NCBI GenBank assembly: GCA_003153935.1
Contig: PMCA01000011.1
Span: 67,912-131,911 of the forward strand
Origin: Elusimicrobiota bacterium
GTDB taxonomy: Bacteria > CAYTYR01 > UBA6262
Reading direction: 5' to 3'
Length of the DNA: 64,000 bases
Under the pieces are notes generated by a model, which did no database searches, had not been told where the DNA came from, and was given only the letters and a program-made list of their open reading frames with translations. A program made the position numbers and the translations under genes. This document shows positions 1 through 10,045 of the stretch, in pieces (within the stretch, counting starts at the first letter, position 1; every line of letters begins with the position of its first letter).

Positions 1-594
1 GATCTTATAATTGGCGCCTATCTGAAAGAGCCGGGCCTTATTTATTACCAGTTCCCCGACCAGGTTCATCAAGTTATCCAGGTGTTCGATGTTAATACGC
101 ACGCTGGTCTGGGTTTTTTTCTTGTCGGCTTCGCTACTTACTGTTTTTTTTTCGCCTGCGGTGGAATCGGTCGGTGTTTCTTTCGCCGGAGCCGGACCTT
201 CGGCTGGCTTAGTCTCCAGGACCATCTTCAACTTGACGGTCATGGCCGTAATATCCACTTTGCGGTCTTCCCCGCTGGCCACTTCCTGTAACAATGGCTC
301 CAGCACATCCAGGGCTTTGAACAGCACTTCGATAATTTCCGGAGTGACCTTAGCTTCCTGTTTGCGCAGGACATCCAGCAGGTCTTCCATCTGGTGCGCC
401 AGGGTGGTGATCTTCTGGTAACCCATGGTCGCCGCCATACCTTTCATGGTATGGGCCAAACGAAAGATCTCGTTCAATAGCTCCAGGTTTTCCGGGGCTT
501 TTTCCAATTCCAACAGGGATTTGTTGAGATTCTGGAGATATTCCGTCGCTTCACTGATGAACATGTCCTTATAGCGCGACATATCTTCGGTCAT
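1..594 (-). CDS. cheA: Chemotaxis histidine kinase CheA, N-terminal part (runs off window start)
   Basis: Manual translation from ATG 594: MTEDMSRYKDMFISEATEYLQ...EIFRLAHTMKGMAATMG (HPt with phospho-His) ...SVRINIEHLDNLMNLVGELVINK (dimerisation domain); not in ORF track because it is truncated. Confidence 0.93.
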   Translation of the reverse strand, partial: MTEDMSRYKDMFISEATEYLQNLNKSLLELEKAPENLELLNEIFRLAHTMKGMAATMGYQKITTLAHQMEDLLDVLRKQEAKVTPEIIEVLFKALDVLEPLLQEVASGEDRKVDITAMTVKLKMVLETKPAEGPAPAKETPTDSTAGEKKTVSSEADKKKTQTSVRINIEHLDNLMNLVGELVINKARLFQIGANYKI

Positions 595-603
595 GGCAAC
601 CCC

Positions 604-1659
604 TTAGATCAGTTTTAATATCTCTTCGACAATCTTATTGGCTGGCACTACTTTATCAACTACTCCCTCTTCGATAGCCGCCTTGGCCATGCCAAAGACG
701 ATACTGGAAGATTCATCCTGGGCGATAGTCTTGCCGCCCACCGCCTTGATCGCTTTGAGTCCTTTAACGCCGTCACGGCCCATGCCGCTCAACAGGACGC
801 CGATGGCTTTCGCTCCGTATACTTGCGCCGCGGCTTCCATCATCGCGTCAATGCAAGGTTTTACCCGGTGAATGGAGGGTTCACTTGATAAAGTAATTGC
901 TCCGCCTTTCTTTATTCTTTCCACCTTTATAGTATAGCTTTCGGGCGCTAAAAAGGCTGTAGAGGAGGGGACAATATCCCCGATCTTGGCCTCCCGTACG
1001 CCGATCTTGGAAATATTGCTTAAACGTTCGGTGAAAGATTTGATAAAAAATGATGGCATATGTTGCGCCACCAAAACTCCGCTGGGCAGGTCATAAGGGA
1101 ATAAGGGCATGATCTCCATCAGCACTTTCGGCCCTCCGGCTGAAGATCCGATGCAAATTACCCGGTCAGACGGTTCCGCCACTCCGGTCACTCTCTCCCG
1201 GATACGGGTGGTGGGATATAAAACTTTCAATTTATTGCGGTCGATGCGGGCAGCGATCTTGATCTTGTCGATTAATTCGTTCTTGACTTTATCAATCTCC
1301 ATTTTGATACTGCCCAGATCAGCGTCTTGGGGCTTGGTAACAAAATCTACGGCACCGAATTCCAGCGCTTTTAGCGTGGCCTCCGCTCCATCCCTGGTAA
1401 CCTTGCTGAACATAACTACCGGCGTCGGATTGGTCTTCATCAACATCTCCAGGGCAGTCAAACCATCCATTTCCGGCATAATAATGTCCAGGGTGATAAC
1501 GTCGGGATTAAGATTTTTGACCTTCTCTACCGTTTCCCGGCCGTCACTGGCGGTACCTACCACGGTTATCTGCGGGTCAGAATTAAGCATATCCGTGATG
1601 ATTTTGCGCATAAAGTTGCTATCATCAACAACCAGTACCTTTATCTTTTCCACGCTCAA
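604..1659 (-). CDS. cheB: Chemotaxis methylesterase CheB (REC + esterase)
   Basis: N-terminal VLVVDDS receiver; GSSAGG, QHMP and GMGRDG motifs carry the Ser-His-Asp triad. Confidence 0.95.
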   Translation of the reverse strand: MSVEKIKVLVVDDSNFMRKIITDMLNSDPQITVVGTASDGRETVEKVKNLNPDVITLDIIMPEMDGLTALEMLMKTNPTPVVMFSKVTRDGAEATLKALEFGAVDFVTKPQDADLGSIKMEIDKVKNELIDKIKIAARIDRNKLKVLYPTTRIRERVTGVAEPSDRVICIGSSAGGPKVLMEIMPLFPYDLPSGVLVAQHMPSFFIKSFTERLSNISKIGVREAKIGDIVPSSTAFLAPESYTIKVERIKKGGAITLSSEPSIHRVKPCIDAMMEAAAQVYGAKAIGVLLSGMGRDGVKGLKAIKAVGGKTIAQDESSSIVFGMAKAAIEEGVVDKVVPANKIVEEILKLI

Positions 1660-1676
1660 ACCCCTTTCCTCAATGG

Positions 1677-2042
1677 TTACGTCTTCAAAACTTTTCTAAC
1701 CGCTTCAATCACCTTTTCCGGCTGGAACGGTTTGATAATGAAATTTTTGGCACCGGCTTGCATGGCTTCCACGATCAGAGCTTCCTGCCCCATGGCACTG
1801 ACCATCAGGATCTGGGCGCTGCCATTTACTTTCATGATCTCCTTAACCGCTTTAATCCCGTTCTCTCCCGGCATGATGATATCCATGGTTACCAGATCGG
1901 GTTTTAATTCGGTATACTTGGCCACAGCTTGTTCGGCGTTTTCCGCTTCCCCGGCAATTTCATAACCCTCTTTAGAAAGAATGTTCTTGAGGGTCATACG
2001 CATGAAAGCTGAGTCATCCACAATCATAATCCTTGTTCCCAT
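1677..2042 (-). CDS. cheY: Chemotaxis response regulator CheY
   Basis: IMIVDDSAFMRM...DLVTMDIIMP...FIIKPF single receiver within che operon. Confidence 0.9.
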   Translation of the reverse strand: MGTRIMIVDDSAFMRMTLKNILSKEGYEIAGEAENAEQAVAKYTELKPDLVTMDIIMPGENGIKAVKEIMKVNGSAQILMVSAMGQEALIVEAMQAGAKNFIIKPFQPEKVIEAVRKVLKT

Positions 2043-2088
2043 AATTTATCGCCTCCCCCTTTTGTTGAGTTCGTTGAAAACCTGAACT

Positions 2089-2904
2089 CTAGCTTTTTTG
2101 GAAAATCCGTTCGGTTACATTGAACCTTTCGAATAAACCCTCGTTGACGCTCATTAAGCTTTCTACTTTCCCCAGGACCAGGAATCCTTTAGGATTCAGG
2201 CTTTTGTAAAAATTCACCAGCATCCTGGTCTGCATTTCCTTGGTCAGGTAGATCATCACGTTGCGGCAAAAAACAATATCCAGGTTCTTCAGCGGTTCCT
2301 CGCGGATAAAATCATGTTTGATGAATTTAACCATCGAGCGGATCTCATCTTTGACCCGGAATTTGCCGGTTTCCGGTATAAAATACTTGCTTACTACATC
2401 CGGCACCGCGTTCTCCAGGGCGGCCGGCCCGTAAATCCCGGCCCGGGCCTTATTCAAACTGAAATCATCTATGTCCGTCCCAAAAATAGAAATAGTATAC
2501 TTGTCCAGGTTGCTTTTGAGCCGGTCCATCAGGCAAATAGAGATGGAATACGGTTCTTCGCCGCTGGAACAACCGCAGCTCCAAACCCTGATGATATTAT
2601 TCTGGCTCTTTTTCTTTTCTGCCAGTAGCGAAGGTATCACCACGCTGTCAAAAACCTTATACACGGATATGTCCCGGAAGAACTGGGTAACATTGATAGT
2701 AATATCGTCAAAGAGCTTAATATACTCTTCCGGGTGGTTATCCAGAACGTTGGCGTATTCATTGAAGGTGGACACCTTCCAGGCCCGCATGCGCACGCCA
2801 AAGCGTCTTTTCAGGTAACTTTCACGGTACTGCCGGCAATCAAATCCGCGATCCTTAAAAATTTTCCTGACTAAATATTCAAAATCCGGTTCGCTATATG
2901 TCAT
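2089..2904 (-). CDS. cheR: Chemotaxis methyltransferase CheR
   Basis: TINVTQFFRD, RVWSCGCSSGEEPYSI, DIVFCRNVMIY motifs. Confidence 0.95.
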   Translation of the reverse strand: MTYSEPDFEYLVRKIFKDRGFDCRQYRESYLKRRFGVRMRAWKVSTFNEYANVLDNHPEEYIKLFDDITINVTQFFRDISVYKVFDSVVIPSLLAEKKKSQNNIIRVWSCGCSSGEEPYSISICLMDRLKSNLDKYTISIFGTDIDDFSLNKARAGIYGPAALENAVPDVVSKYFIPETGKFRVKDEIRSMVKFIKHDFIREEPLKNLDIVFCRNVMIYLTKEMQTRMLVNFYKSLNPKGFLVLGKVESLMSVNEGLFERFNVTERIFQKS

Positions 2905-2905
2905 T

Positions 2906-3445
2906 TTATTCCGCTGCCGCCTGGTTTTCTTTTTTGGCGCCAGTGGCTCCCGGACCTTCCTCCGCAGCCATCTTATTCAATTTTTCCAGGGTGCTCTTCT
3001 CCAGGTCAGTCAGGACCTTATCCAGGTCCAGCAATATGATGAGGCGCCGATCCATTTTACCCACGCCCTTGAGGTATTCGGCGTCAATATCGGTAATGGT
3101 CGGCGGTAAAGGGTCGATCGCATCATTGGCAAGGCGCAGGACTTCACTCACGCTGTCTACCACCAACCCGACGGTTTGGCTGGAAACCTCGGCCACTACC
3201 ACCCGGGTATTGGCGTCATCCTCCTTTTTGGTCAGACCGAAACGGTCCCGCAGGTCGATTATGGGGATAATCTTGCCGCGCAGATTGATCACGCCCTCTA
3301 CAAAAGTGGGCATGCCCGGTATACGGGTGATACCTACCGGGCGAATAATTTCCTGAACTTGCGCGATGCCGATGCCATATTCTTCGTTGGACAGGCCAAA
3401 GACCACTATTTGGGAGGTGCCTTCTTCTTTCTTCTCCTGGATCAT
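2906..3445 (-). CDS. cheW: Chemotaxis coupling protein CheW
   Basis: EGVINLRGKIIPIIDLR, VGLVVDSVSEV motifs. Confidence 0.95.
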   Translation of the reverse strand: MIQEKKEEGTSQIVVFGLSNEEYGIGIAQVQEIIRPVGITRIPGMPTFVEGVINLRGKIIPIIDLRDRFGLTKKEDDANTRVVVAEVSSQTVGLVVDSVSEVLRLANDAIDPLPPTITDIDAEYLKGVGKMDRRLIILLDLDKVLTDLEKSTLEKLNKMAAEEGPGATGAKKENQAAAE

Positions 3446-3513
3446 GTTGGTCTCCTTAAAATTATCCTTGGACCTCGACCATATTTTTGGTAAAGTTAGA
3501 CTCTATTCAATTG

Positions 3514-3543
3514 ATTTTATTATATATCCGGGCACTTTGTCAA
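3514..3543 (-). promoter_or_regulatory. Putative sigma70 promoter of che operon
   Basis: TTGACA (3543-3538), 18 nt, TAAAAT on minus strand upstream of cheW. Confidence 0.5.
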
Positions 3544-3565
3544 GTACATTTATCCGTCAGGAATT

Positions 3566-5119
3566 TTATTTCCTCTCCTGCTCTATTTTCAACATATTTT
3601 CGCGGGAATATTCCTCGATCCGGCTGGAAGTCAGGATATGAGGCGTGACAAAGATCATCAGGTCGACTTTCTGAACTGTATCGCTGTTTTGCCGGAACAG
3701 GGCCCCCAGCAAGGGAATGCTGCCCAGGATCGGGATCTTATAAGAAACCTTGGATTTGCGGGTGGTGGTCAAACCTCCGATTACCACGGTTTTGCCGTCG
3801 CGCACGTTAACCTTGGTAGAAGCTTTCCGGAGAGATCTTATCGGGATCCCGATGTTTTCCCCGTTCTGGAAGGATACTTCCGGTTCCAGCTCCAGGTTAA
3901 CTACGTTACCCTCTTTAATATGCGGCGTAACGCCCAGGATTATACCGACATCCAGAAATTCTATGGCGTACTGAGGATTACCCTTGGCGTCATAGCCGGA
4001 AAATTGGTTATACGGGAACTTATCGGTTATTTCTATCCTGGCCTTTTCATTGTTGACCACCGTAATGGTGGGATTGGACAGGAGTTCGGCCTTATTGGTA
4101 GTTACCAGCGCGTTGATCATGGCCCGGAATTTATCTGTTACTTCGCCGTAAACCAGGCTAGTGCCCAGGCCCTGCGTAACATAACCCAGATTCTGGGTAT
4201 CCGTAGCTATGGGTGGGGTGTTGTACACGGTATTAAAAGTGAAAGTCTGGCCATGGCTGCCAGGCTGGTAGATCCACTGGGCGCCGATCTGGCTCAAAAC
4301 ATTGGAATTCACTTCAACTAATTCCGCGCTGATGATAACCTGGGGAGTTTCCCGGTCCAATTTCAGCACTAGGTCCGCGATCTTATCCAGAATATTATTC
4401 TGATCCTTAACTACCAAGGAGTTCAGGCTTTCATCCACATCCGCGGCTCCGTCCGAAGACAGGGTCTTGGCGATCTCATCCTTTACTTTGGCCGCGGAGG
4501 CGTATTGCAAGGTGAAAACACGGGTTTGAACTTCGGTGCCGGACCCGGCGGGCCGTTCTGAACCGGCCGATTTCACGTCCAGCGCGTCAATGACATCAAT
4601 GATACGGTTAAAATTCCTATAGGTATCGGAAACTATCAGAACTTTGGTCTCGCGGTCCACGTCGATATTACCTTGCGCGCTTAACACATTGACCACCGTG
4701 GTCTTAGCTTGCAGCGGATCCATGTTCTTGATGTTGAAGATCCGGGTATCGATCTGGGTGGGCAGGAGAGCCGAGATCTCGATAATATTTTTATCCGGGA
4801 AAACCTTATAGGCGAAACCGCTGTTGGTGAGAATGGAGGTCAGCACGTCTTCGATCGGTACATCCTTAAAAAAGAAATTAACCTTGCGGCCCCGAACCTT
4901 GTCCACCAGATAAAAATTTATGTTGTTCTGCTGGGACAGGAGTCGGAGAGCATCGTCCAGGTCGACGTTGCGGAAATCGATGGAGATTTTCTTGGCTCGG
5001 ACCAGATCCCAAAAATTCGGATTGTCCGCGGCCCAAAGCCGGGCCGTCGGCAGCGGCCCCGGTACTATCCAGGAAACCGCCAGGAACAGCGCTATTGCCA
5101 AGATTATTTTTTTATACAT
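3566..5119 (-). CDS. pilQ: Type IV pilus / T2SS-family outer-membrane secretin (PilQ/GspD-like)
   Basis: Signal peptide, ISIDFRNVDL N-domain, QVIISAELVEV, LSNPTITVVNN, VRDGKTVVIGGL, IPILGSIPLLGALF, LMIFVTPHI. Confidence 0.9.
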   Translation of the reverse strand: MYKKIILAIALFLAVSWIVPGPLPTARLWAADNPNFWDLVRAKKISIDFRNVDLDDALRLLSQQNNINFYLVDKVRGRKVNFFFKDVPIEDVLTSILTNSGFAYKVFPDKNIIEISALLPTQIDTRIFNIKNMDPLQAKTTVVNVLSAQGNIDVDRETKVLIVSDTYRNFNRIIDVIDALDVKSAGSERPAGSGTEVQTRVFTLQYASAAKVKDEIAKTLSSDGAADVDESLNSLVVKDQNNILDKIADLVLKLDRETPQVIISAELVEVNSNVLSQIGAQWIYQPGSHGQTFTFNTVYNTPPIATDTQNLGYVTQGLGTSLVYGEVTDKFRAMINALVTTNKAELLSNPTITVVNNEKARIEITDKFPYNQFSGYDAKGNPQYAIEFLDVGIILGVTPHIKEGNVVNLELEPEVSFQNGENIGIPIRSLRKASTKVNVRDGKTVVIGGLTTTRKSKVSYKIPILGSIPLLGALFRQNSDTVQKVDLMIFVTPHILTSSRIEEYSRENMLKIEQERK

Positions 5120-5123
5120 TGCC

Positions 5124-5678
5124 TCAACCTCCCCTGACCCTCAAAGTTATAGTTTTCGCATCGTTTTTTAGCAATACCCGGTTCTTTAAAATACTTATGA
5201 CCAGGTAAGCTTTTTTACCTTTGATATAAAGATATTCGCCTTCGTGCACTACTTGACCGTTAATGACCGCCAAGGCTTTATTCTTGTACCAGGCTATGCC
5301 TGTAAGCTCCAGCAGGTCTTCCTCTTTAGCGGGAGTTACCGCTACAGGACCGGGAGTTACCGTATTATTCTCCGGGCTCGAATCGCCTGCACCGACAAAG
5401 GGATCCCGGCCCCAAGCTTGGCCGCTGCTGTCACCAGCCGCTTCCGGTGTTGATCCCAGTACGGCGAATTCCTTCTCCGTCGTATTGGCCCTGGTCGATG
5501 GTACGGACTCAACCGGTACCGCAGTGTCCGTCACTTCTCCCGTCGCCGCGGGCGCGCTTTCCGGTGCCGGAGTTGGTTTTAATACCATCTGTTTGTAAAC
5601 AAATAAAATAGCCAGTCCCAGCGCGACCAGGATAATGATTTGCTTTTTGTCGGGTGACTTCTTTCCTTCCGGAGCCAT
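5124..5678 (-). CDS. PilP/GspC-like membrane-anchored pilus assembly protein
   Basis: N-terminal TM, RDPF motif, LELTGI...ALAVINGQVVHEGE; lies between pilO and secretin. Confidence 0.65.
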   Translation of the reverse strand: MAPEGKKSPDKKQIIILVALGLAILFVYKQMVLKPTPAPESAPAATGEVTDTAVPVESVPSTRANTTEKEFAVLGSTPEAAGDSSGQAWGRDPFVGAGDSSPENNTVTPGPVAVTPAKEEDLLELTGIAWYKNKALAVINGQVVHEGEYLYIKGKKAYLVISILKNRVLLKNDAKTITLRVRGG

Positions 5679-5680
5679 GG

Positions 5681-6244
5681 TTATCCTTCACTGCTAATGA
5701 TATACGTATATACCTGCAGGGTAACATCGATATAAGGCAGCTTTTCCGTATTGCGGGTGATCTTCAGGCTTTCCACCTTGATCAACCGTGGCAGTTTTTT
5801 CAAGTTAGCTAAATATTCGCCCAAATTACGGTAACGGCAGCGCATGGTGATCTCGATCGGCAGCCGGTTATAGGACAAACCTCCCTGCTGTTCCCCTGTT
5901 TCCAGGGGTTTAGTATTGATCGAAACATAAGTGATATTAGCCTGGTTGGCCACAGTGGCCAGGGCTTGCAGCAAGCTGGGGATCTGCTTGGAATCCGGCA
6001 GTTTATTCCTAAAGTACTGCCATTGCTGTTCCATCTTACCGGCTTCTTCGCGGATCTTATTCAGGTCCCGCAGAAATTCGTAGGCTCGTTGTATCTCATC
6101 GTTTATTTGTTGTATCTCCGCTTTTTGCTGCGCGATCTTATCACGGGCCGGCTGGATAAAGAAATACTGGCTGAAGCCGGCGATACCGGCGAAGATCAGG
6201 AAGTATTTCAATAAAGCCTTTTCTTTCGCGCCTATCTTTTTCAT
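5681..6244 (-). CDS. pilO: Type IV pilus assembly protein PilO
   Basis: TM + coiled coil + LPDSKQIPSLL...LPIEITMRCRY...LPRLIKV. Confidence 0.85.
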   Translation of the reverse strand: MKKIGAKEKALLKYFLIFAGIAGFSQYFFIQPARDKIAQQKAEIQQINDEIQRAYEFLRDLNKIREEAGKMEQQWQYFRNKLPDSKQIPSLLQALATVANQANITYVSINTKPLETGEQQGGLSYNRLPIEITMRCRYRNLGEYLANLKKLPRLIKVESLKITRNTEKLPYIDVTLQVYTYIISSEG

Positions 6245-8004
6245 GGTTGGCCGCCAAGCTCGTCTTTTAGTTTACACTGCACCTCGAACGTTATAAAATT
6301 TTTATTCTGTCCTGCCGCTTCCTGCTCCTTTTGCAGGGAGATCAAGTCGGTATCCTTAAAATAGGCCGATTTTTCCAGTGCTTGCAAGAACTGGGCCAGG
6401 ACCGCCTCCGGCCGGTCTCCTCCCAGCATCACCATGCCTTTTAAATTGAGAATGGGTAAGAGTGACGGCGGTGTTACTCTCGGAGTGCCAGCAGCTTCGG
6501 CTCCGGTGGTCGGCGGCGGAACCGCGGAGGCGTCAATTTTTTCCTTTTCAAAGGAAAGTTCATCCAAAATTACCCGGCCGGGGGTTATGTTGCTCAGGGA
6601 CTTGAGCATTTCTACCCATTTAGGATCTCCGACCGTCAATAGGTTGATTAAATTTTGCCGGGTGGTCATTTTTTCTTTTAATTGCTGCAGTTCATAGGCC
6701 TGGGATACCTGCTGTTTAATATCATCCAGGGCCGTCTGGTTGCTGGACACGATCTTCTGATAAGTCCTGATTTGCATGTACAATGAAATATAGACCATGC
6801 CAAAAATGAAAACTATCAGGAAACTGATAATGGCTGTCATAGCGCTGCGGGCAGTCTTAGAGGCCTGCTCCTTCAGCTCCTGCGGCAACAGGTTGATGCC
6901 TTTGGTACCGGTCAGCGCCGCGCCGACAGCAATGGATAATCGCGGGCTCAGTTCGGCCAGTTCTTTTTGGCGCTCCTCCGGCAAGTCCATCTGTATGTTT
7001 TTTAGGGGTTGGCTTACTTCGACGTCCATGCCTAAAGCGCCTTGCAGGAATTCACGCAACCCTTTTAATTCCGCGTTGCCGCCCAACAAAACTACTTTGG
7101 CCACCCGCCGGCCGCGCGATTCTTCTCGATAATAGTCCAGGGAACGGCGTATTTCGTTGGCCAACCGCTCCATCACCGGCCGCACTAAAGGCACGATCTG
7201 GTTGCTATTGATCTCGGGGGTCAACTGCTGGGGATTTTTTTCATCCGGAATGCCCCAGTTCTTTTTCAGGATATCCGCCTGATTTATATCTATTTCTATC
7301 TGCCCGCTGTCAGAGATCAGGGTGCCAACCATAGCCCGGGTGATGGTGTTGCCGCCTAGCGGAATCTCCCGGTTAAAGACCAGGGTTTCCCCAAAGAATA
7401 TGTTGATCGTGGTGGCTTCGGCGCCGGTATTGACCACGGCCAGGGCCTCATCAGCCTTGAAATAATCATTTTTCTTAAAGATCTCCCGCAGGGCGAAAGG
7501 CGCGACAGTGACGCTTTGCGGGCGTATCTGCACGTTCTGCAGCAGGGCCAGGTGCTGGTCGATAACGAATTTCTCTACGGCTACTACCAGCAGTTCCAGC
7601 TTCTTAACATTTTTATCGGTAACTTCTCCCAATACCTGATAATCTACTACCGCGTTCTCAATAGGGAAGGGGATGTGCTCCTTGGCTTCCCATTTCACCG
7701 CCTCCAGCAATTCATCTTTGGGCATGTTCGGCACCAACACTTTGCGTACCGACACGCGCTGGCCGGAGATCACCGTAACTATTCTGGTTTTTTTAAGATT
7801 GATCCCTTCGATACTTTTGCGCAATACCTCCAGGACTACTTCCATGGAAACATTTTCTTTTTTCTCGGTACTTAAGGGAAATTCACCTATGCGGTAGTCC
7901 ACTACCGCCAAGCCATTGACGCTTTCTTTCAGCACGATGACCTTAACCGCGGTGGTACCGATATCCAAACCCACCAAAGGTTGTATGTTACGGATGAATT
8001 TCAC
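6241..8004 (-). CDS. pilM: PilM-PilN fusion protein
   Basis: VGLDIGTTAVKV actin-like PilM domain, then INLLP motif, TM and PilN-like periplasmic domain in one ORF. Confidence 0.85.
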   Translation of the reverse strand: MKFIRNIQPLVGLDIGTTAVKVIVLKESVNGLAVVDYRIGEFPLSTEKKENVSMEVVLEVLRKSIEGINLKKTRIVTVISGQRVSVRKVLVPNMPKDELLEAVKWEAKEHIPFPIENAVVDYQVLGEVTDKNVKKLELLVVAVEKFVIDQHLALLQNVQIRPQSVTVAPFALREIFKKNDYFKADEALAVVNTGAEATTINIFFGETLVFNREIPLGGNTITRAMVGTLISDSGQIEIDINQADILKKNWGIPDEKNPQQLTPEINSNQIVPLVRPVMERLANEIRRSLDYYREESRGRRVAKVVLLGGNAELKGLREFLQGALGMDVEVSQPLKNIQMDLPEERQKELAELSPRLSIAVGAALTGTKGINLLPQELKEQASKTARSAMTAIISFLIVFIFGMVYISLYMQIRTYQKIVSSNQTALDDIKQQVSQAYELQQLKEKMTTRQNLINLLTVGDPKWVEMLKSLSNITPGRVILDELSFEKEKIDASAVPPPTTGAEAAGTPRVTPPSLLPILNLKGMVMLGGDRPEAVLAQFLQALEKSAYFKDTDLISLQKEQEAAGQNKNFITFEVQCKLKDELGGQP

Positions 8005-8028
8005 TCTTTTCCCTTTCGTACCGCAAAC

Positions 8029-8994
8029 TTAATATAAAGCCGCATTGCTGTAAACATTACTGCTGATCTGATCCCAGATGGAAGTTATATTGGTATTCGC
8101 CAAAGTACTCGGCATCACCCGGAAGATGGTAGCTCCCGGTCCGGGAGTACTGGTCAACACGCAACTGCGCACATATTTCTCGGTGAAACTGGCTCCGGAT
8201 ATGTTGTTAATGCGGCAGCGCGAGCGGATGCGTATCCAGGGCACTTCGATCTCGCTCATTTGCACCCGGTTCCCGCTATAACCGGTGATATTACACTGCA
8301 AATAATTAACGTCGGTAACAACAGCCGGAAAAATATCGTTCCACTGGTTGGTTCCGGGATCAACGGCCCGAGTATATCTAACCGTGTAAGTTACGCCGTC
8401 AGTCGAAGTAGACCAGGAATAATTTGTCGGCCGTCCCGCCGCTGCCGCTCCCTGGCGCCTCATTCTTATTTCATTAACGGCGTAATTAGAGCCGTTGGGG
8501 AACTGGATGGTCAAAGTTACCAGCGGGCCGGGGTTATTGACGGTCCGCCAACTGCTCGCCATATTACCATCCACGGCATTAGCCAGGACATTCGCTCCTT
8601 GTACGCCCACATTGGAAGTAATATTAGCGATACCAAAAGGCGCCGGATTAGTACTCAAAGCCAGATTCCAATTATCAACAAGGAAACTGTAACTTACCGA
8701 AAGATTATTTGGCAAATTCTCTGTCTGGGGACCGAAAGTTCCCAGGTTCCCGGCTGCCGGCTGGATCGTGTTCCAGATATTCAAGGAATTATTCTGTAAA
8801 TATTGCACCGCGCGGGCCTGGGCCGCGTCGGCGGCATAGAAAGCCTGGATGCCAGCTTGTTTAACGGCTACGTCCGCCGTACCCCGCCCGGTCAATTCTA
8901 TATAGGCGACCACTATGCCAGCGACCATGATAACGAAGAAAAATACGAAAATTAAGGCAAATCCGTTCTTTTTAGTTAATATTTTTAACGACAT
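8029..8994 (-). CDS. PilX-like minor pilin with inserted discoidin/F5-8-like domain
   Basis: KNG|FALIF prepilin site without E5; QAFYAADAA; AVDGNMASSW...WSTSTDGVTYT...YLQCNIT. Confidence 0.7.
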   Translation of the reverse strand: MSLKILTKKNGFALIFVFFFVIMVAGIVVAYIELTGRGTADVAVKQAGIQAFYAADAAQARAVQYLQNNSLNIWNTIQPAAGNLGTFGPQTENLPNNLSVSYSFLVDNWNLALSTNPAPFGIANITSNVGVQGANVLANAVDGNMASSWRTVNNPGPLVTLTIQFPNGSNYAVNEIRMRRQGAAAAGRPTNYSWSTSTDGVTYTVRYTRAVDPGTNQWNDIFPAVVTDVNYLQCNITGYSGNRVQMSEIEVPWIRIRSRCRINNISGASFTEKYVRSCVLTSTPGPGATIFRVMPSTLANTNITSIWDQISSNVYSNAALY

Positions 8995-9530
8995 TATAGA
9001 TTCCGCGGATGTATTTCAAAACGCAAAGCCAAGTTTTGGGTATTTTTGGTTTCGTCAAGTGTCACGATTATCTGATTGCCGACACCGGAAAAATTAGTGC
9101 TGGGAGGTGGGTTTATACCATAGCAGAGTGAACGCCCCGAACCAAAAACCGGGACGCCATTATAGGTCATAAAACGTAATTCATAGGAAGCAAATGGGTA
9201 AGTGCTGGGCCAACCGGCATCACTGGGATTATAGAGGTAAAAGATACAGGATTCCGCGCCCGGAGTGGTCGGATCAACGTTGGCGGTAAAAATAATCCGC
9301 CCCGGATTAATGATCGTAAAAGTGCTGGCTTTCACTAAATAATTATTCATCAGGTCCCGGGCTTGGGATAACTCACCGCGCAGGTTATAAGTATCCTGGC
9401 CGCTGTTCCAGATTCTCATAACAGACGGGTAAAAAGAAACAGTTATGGCCAACAATATCGACAGGAGCGCTATGGCCACCAATAATTCGACTATCGTGAC
9501 ACCCTTCTGGCTGGGTATAATACTCTCCAC
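8994..9530 (-). CDS. Minor pilin (PilW-like)
   Basis: QKG|VTIVELLVAI prepilin motif. Confidence 0.8.
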   Translation of the reverse strand: MESIIPSQKGVTIVELLVAIALLSILLAITVSFYPSVMRIWNSGQDTYNLRGELSQARDLMNNYLVKASTFTIINPGRIIFTANVDPTTPGAESCIFYLYNPSDAGWPSTYPFASYELRFMTYNGVPVFGSGRSLCYGINPPPSTNFSGVGNQIIVTLDETKNTQNLALRFEIHPRNL

Positions 9531-9564
9531 CTCTACCTTAAATTATAAGCGCTATATATCTAAT

Positions 9565-9945
9565 TTAATAATTTCCAACGTAAGTTTCCAGTCTAGTCAC
9601 TGGATTGGTCGCCTGTTTAGCGGCCACATAGGAAACGCTGACCACCACGTCTTTTATCTGCCCGGGCAGGGCGCCGATGGGAGTGACAACTACTTGATAT
9701 GAATAATCTACATAAGGAGCGGCATAGGATGTCAGAGCCACCGGATTGACATTGGCGAAGGAGAGATTCTTTATGCTCTCCATTCTTTCCTGCGCCAGGG
9801 TAAGCGCTATGGAATTTTTCCCGGATAGCGAGTCATGATATTGTCCTTCACCCATAATAACCACTACCTCGGCCAAGCCGACCGCCAGGAGCGCGAAGGC
9901 GAAGATTATCTCAACAACCGTAAAACCGTGAGCATTCTTGAACAT
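9565..9945 (-). CDS. Minor pilin (PilV-like)
   Basis: AHG|FTVVEIIF prepilin motif; ALTLAQERMESIK. Confidence 0.8.
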   Translation of the reverse strand: MFKNAHGFTVVEIIFAFALLAVGLAEVVVIMGEGQYHDSLSGKNSIALTLAQERMESIKNLSFANVNPVALTSYAAPYVDYSYQVVVTPIGALPGQIKDVVVSVSYVAAKQATNPVTRLETYVGNY

Positions 9946-9960
9946 AATCCCTTAAATAGC

Positions 9961-10014
9961 AGGTAGGGGTGGCTGTTTGAGCTTAATTAGGCCCAAACAG
10001 CCACCTGTATACCT
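9961..10014 (-). terminator. Strong stem-loop downstream of major pilin (partial terminator or mRNA stabiliser)
   Basis: Inverted repeat GGTGGCTGTTTG ... CAAACAGCCACC with outer AGGTA/TACCT. Confidence 0.65.
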
Positions 10015-10045
10015 AAATTAAATTAATTTAATTTGTATCTGCCTA

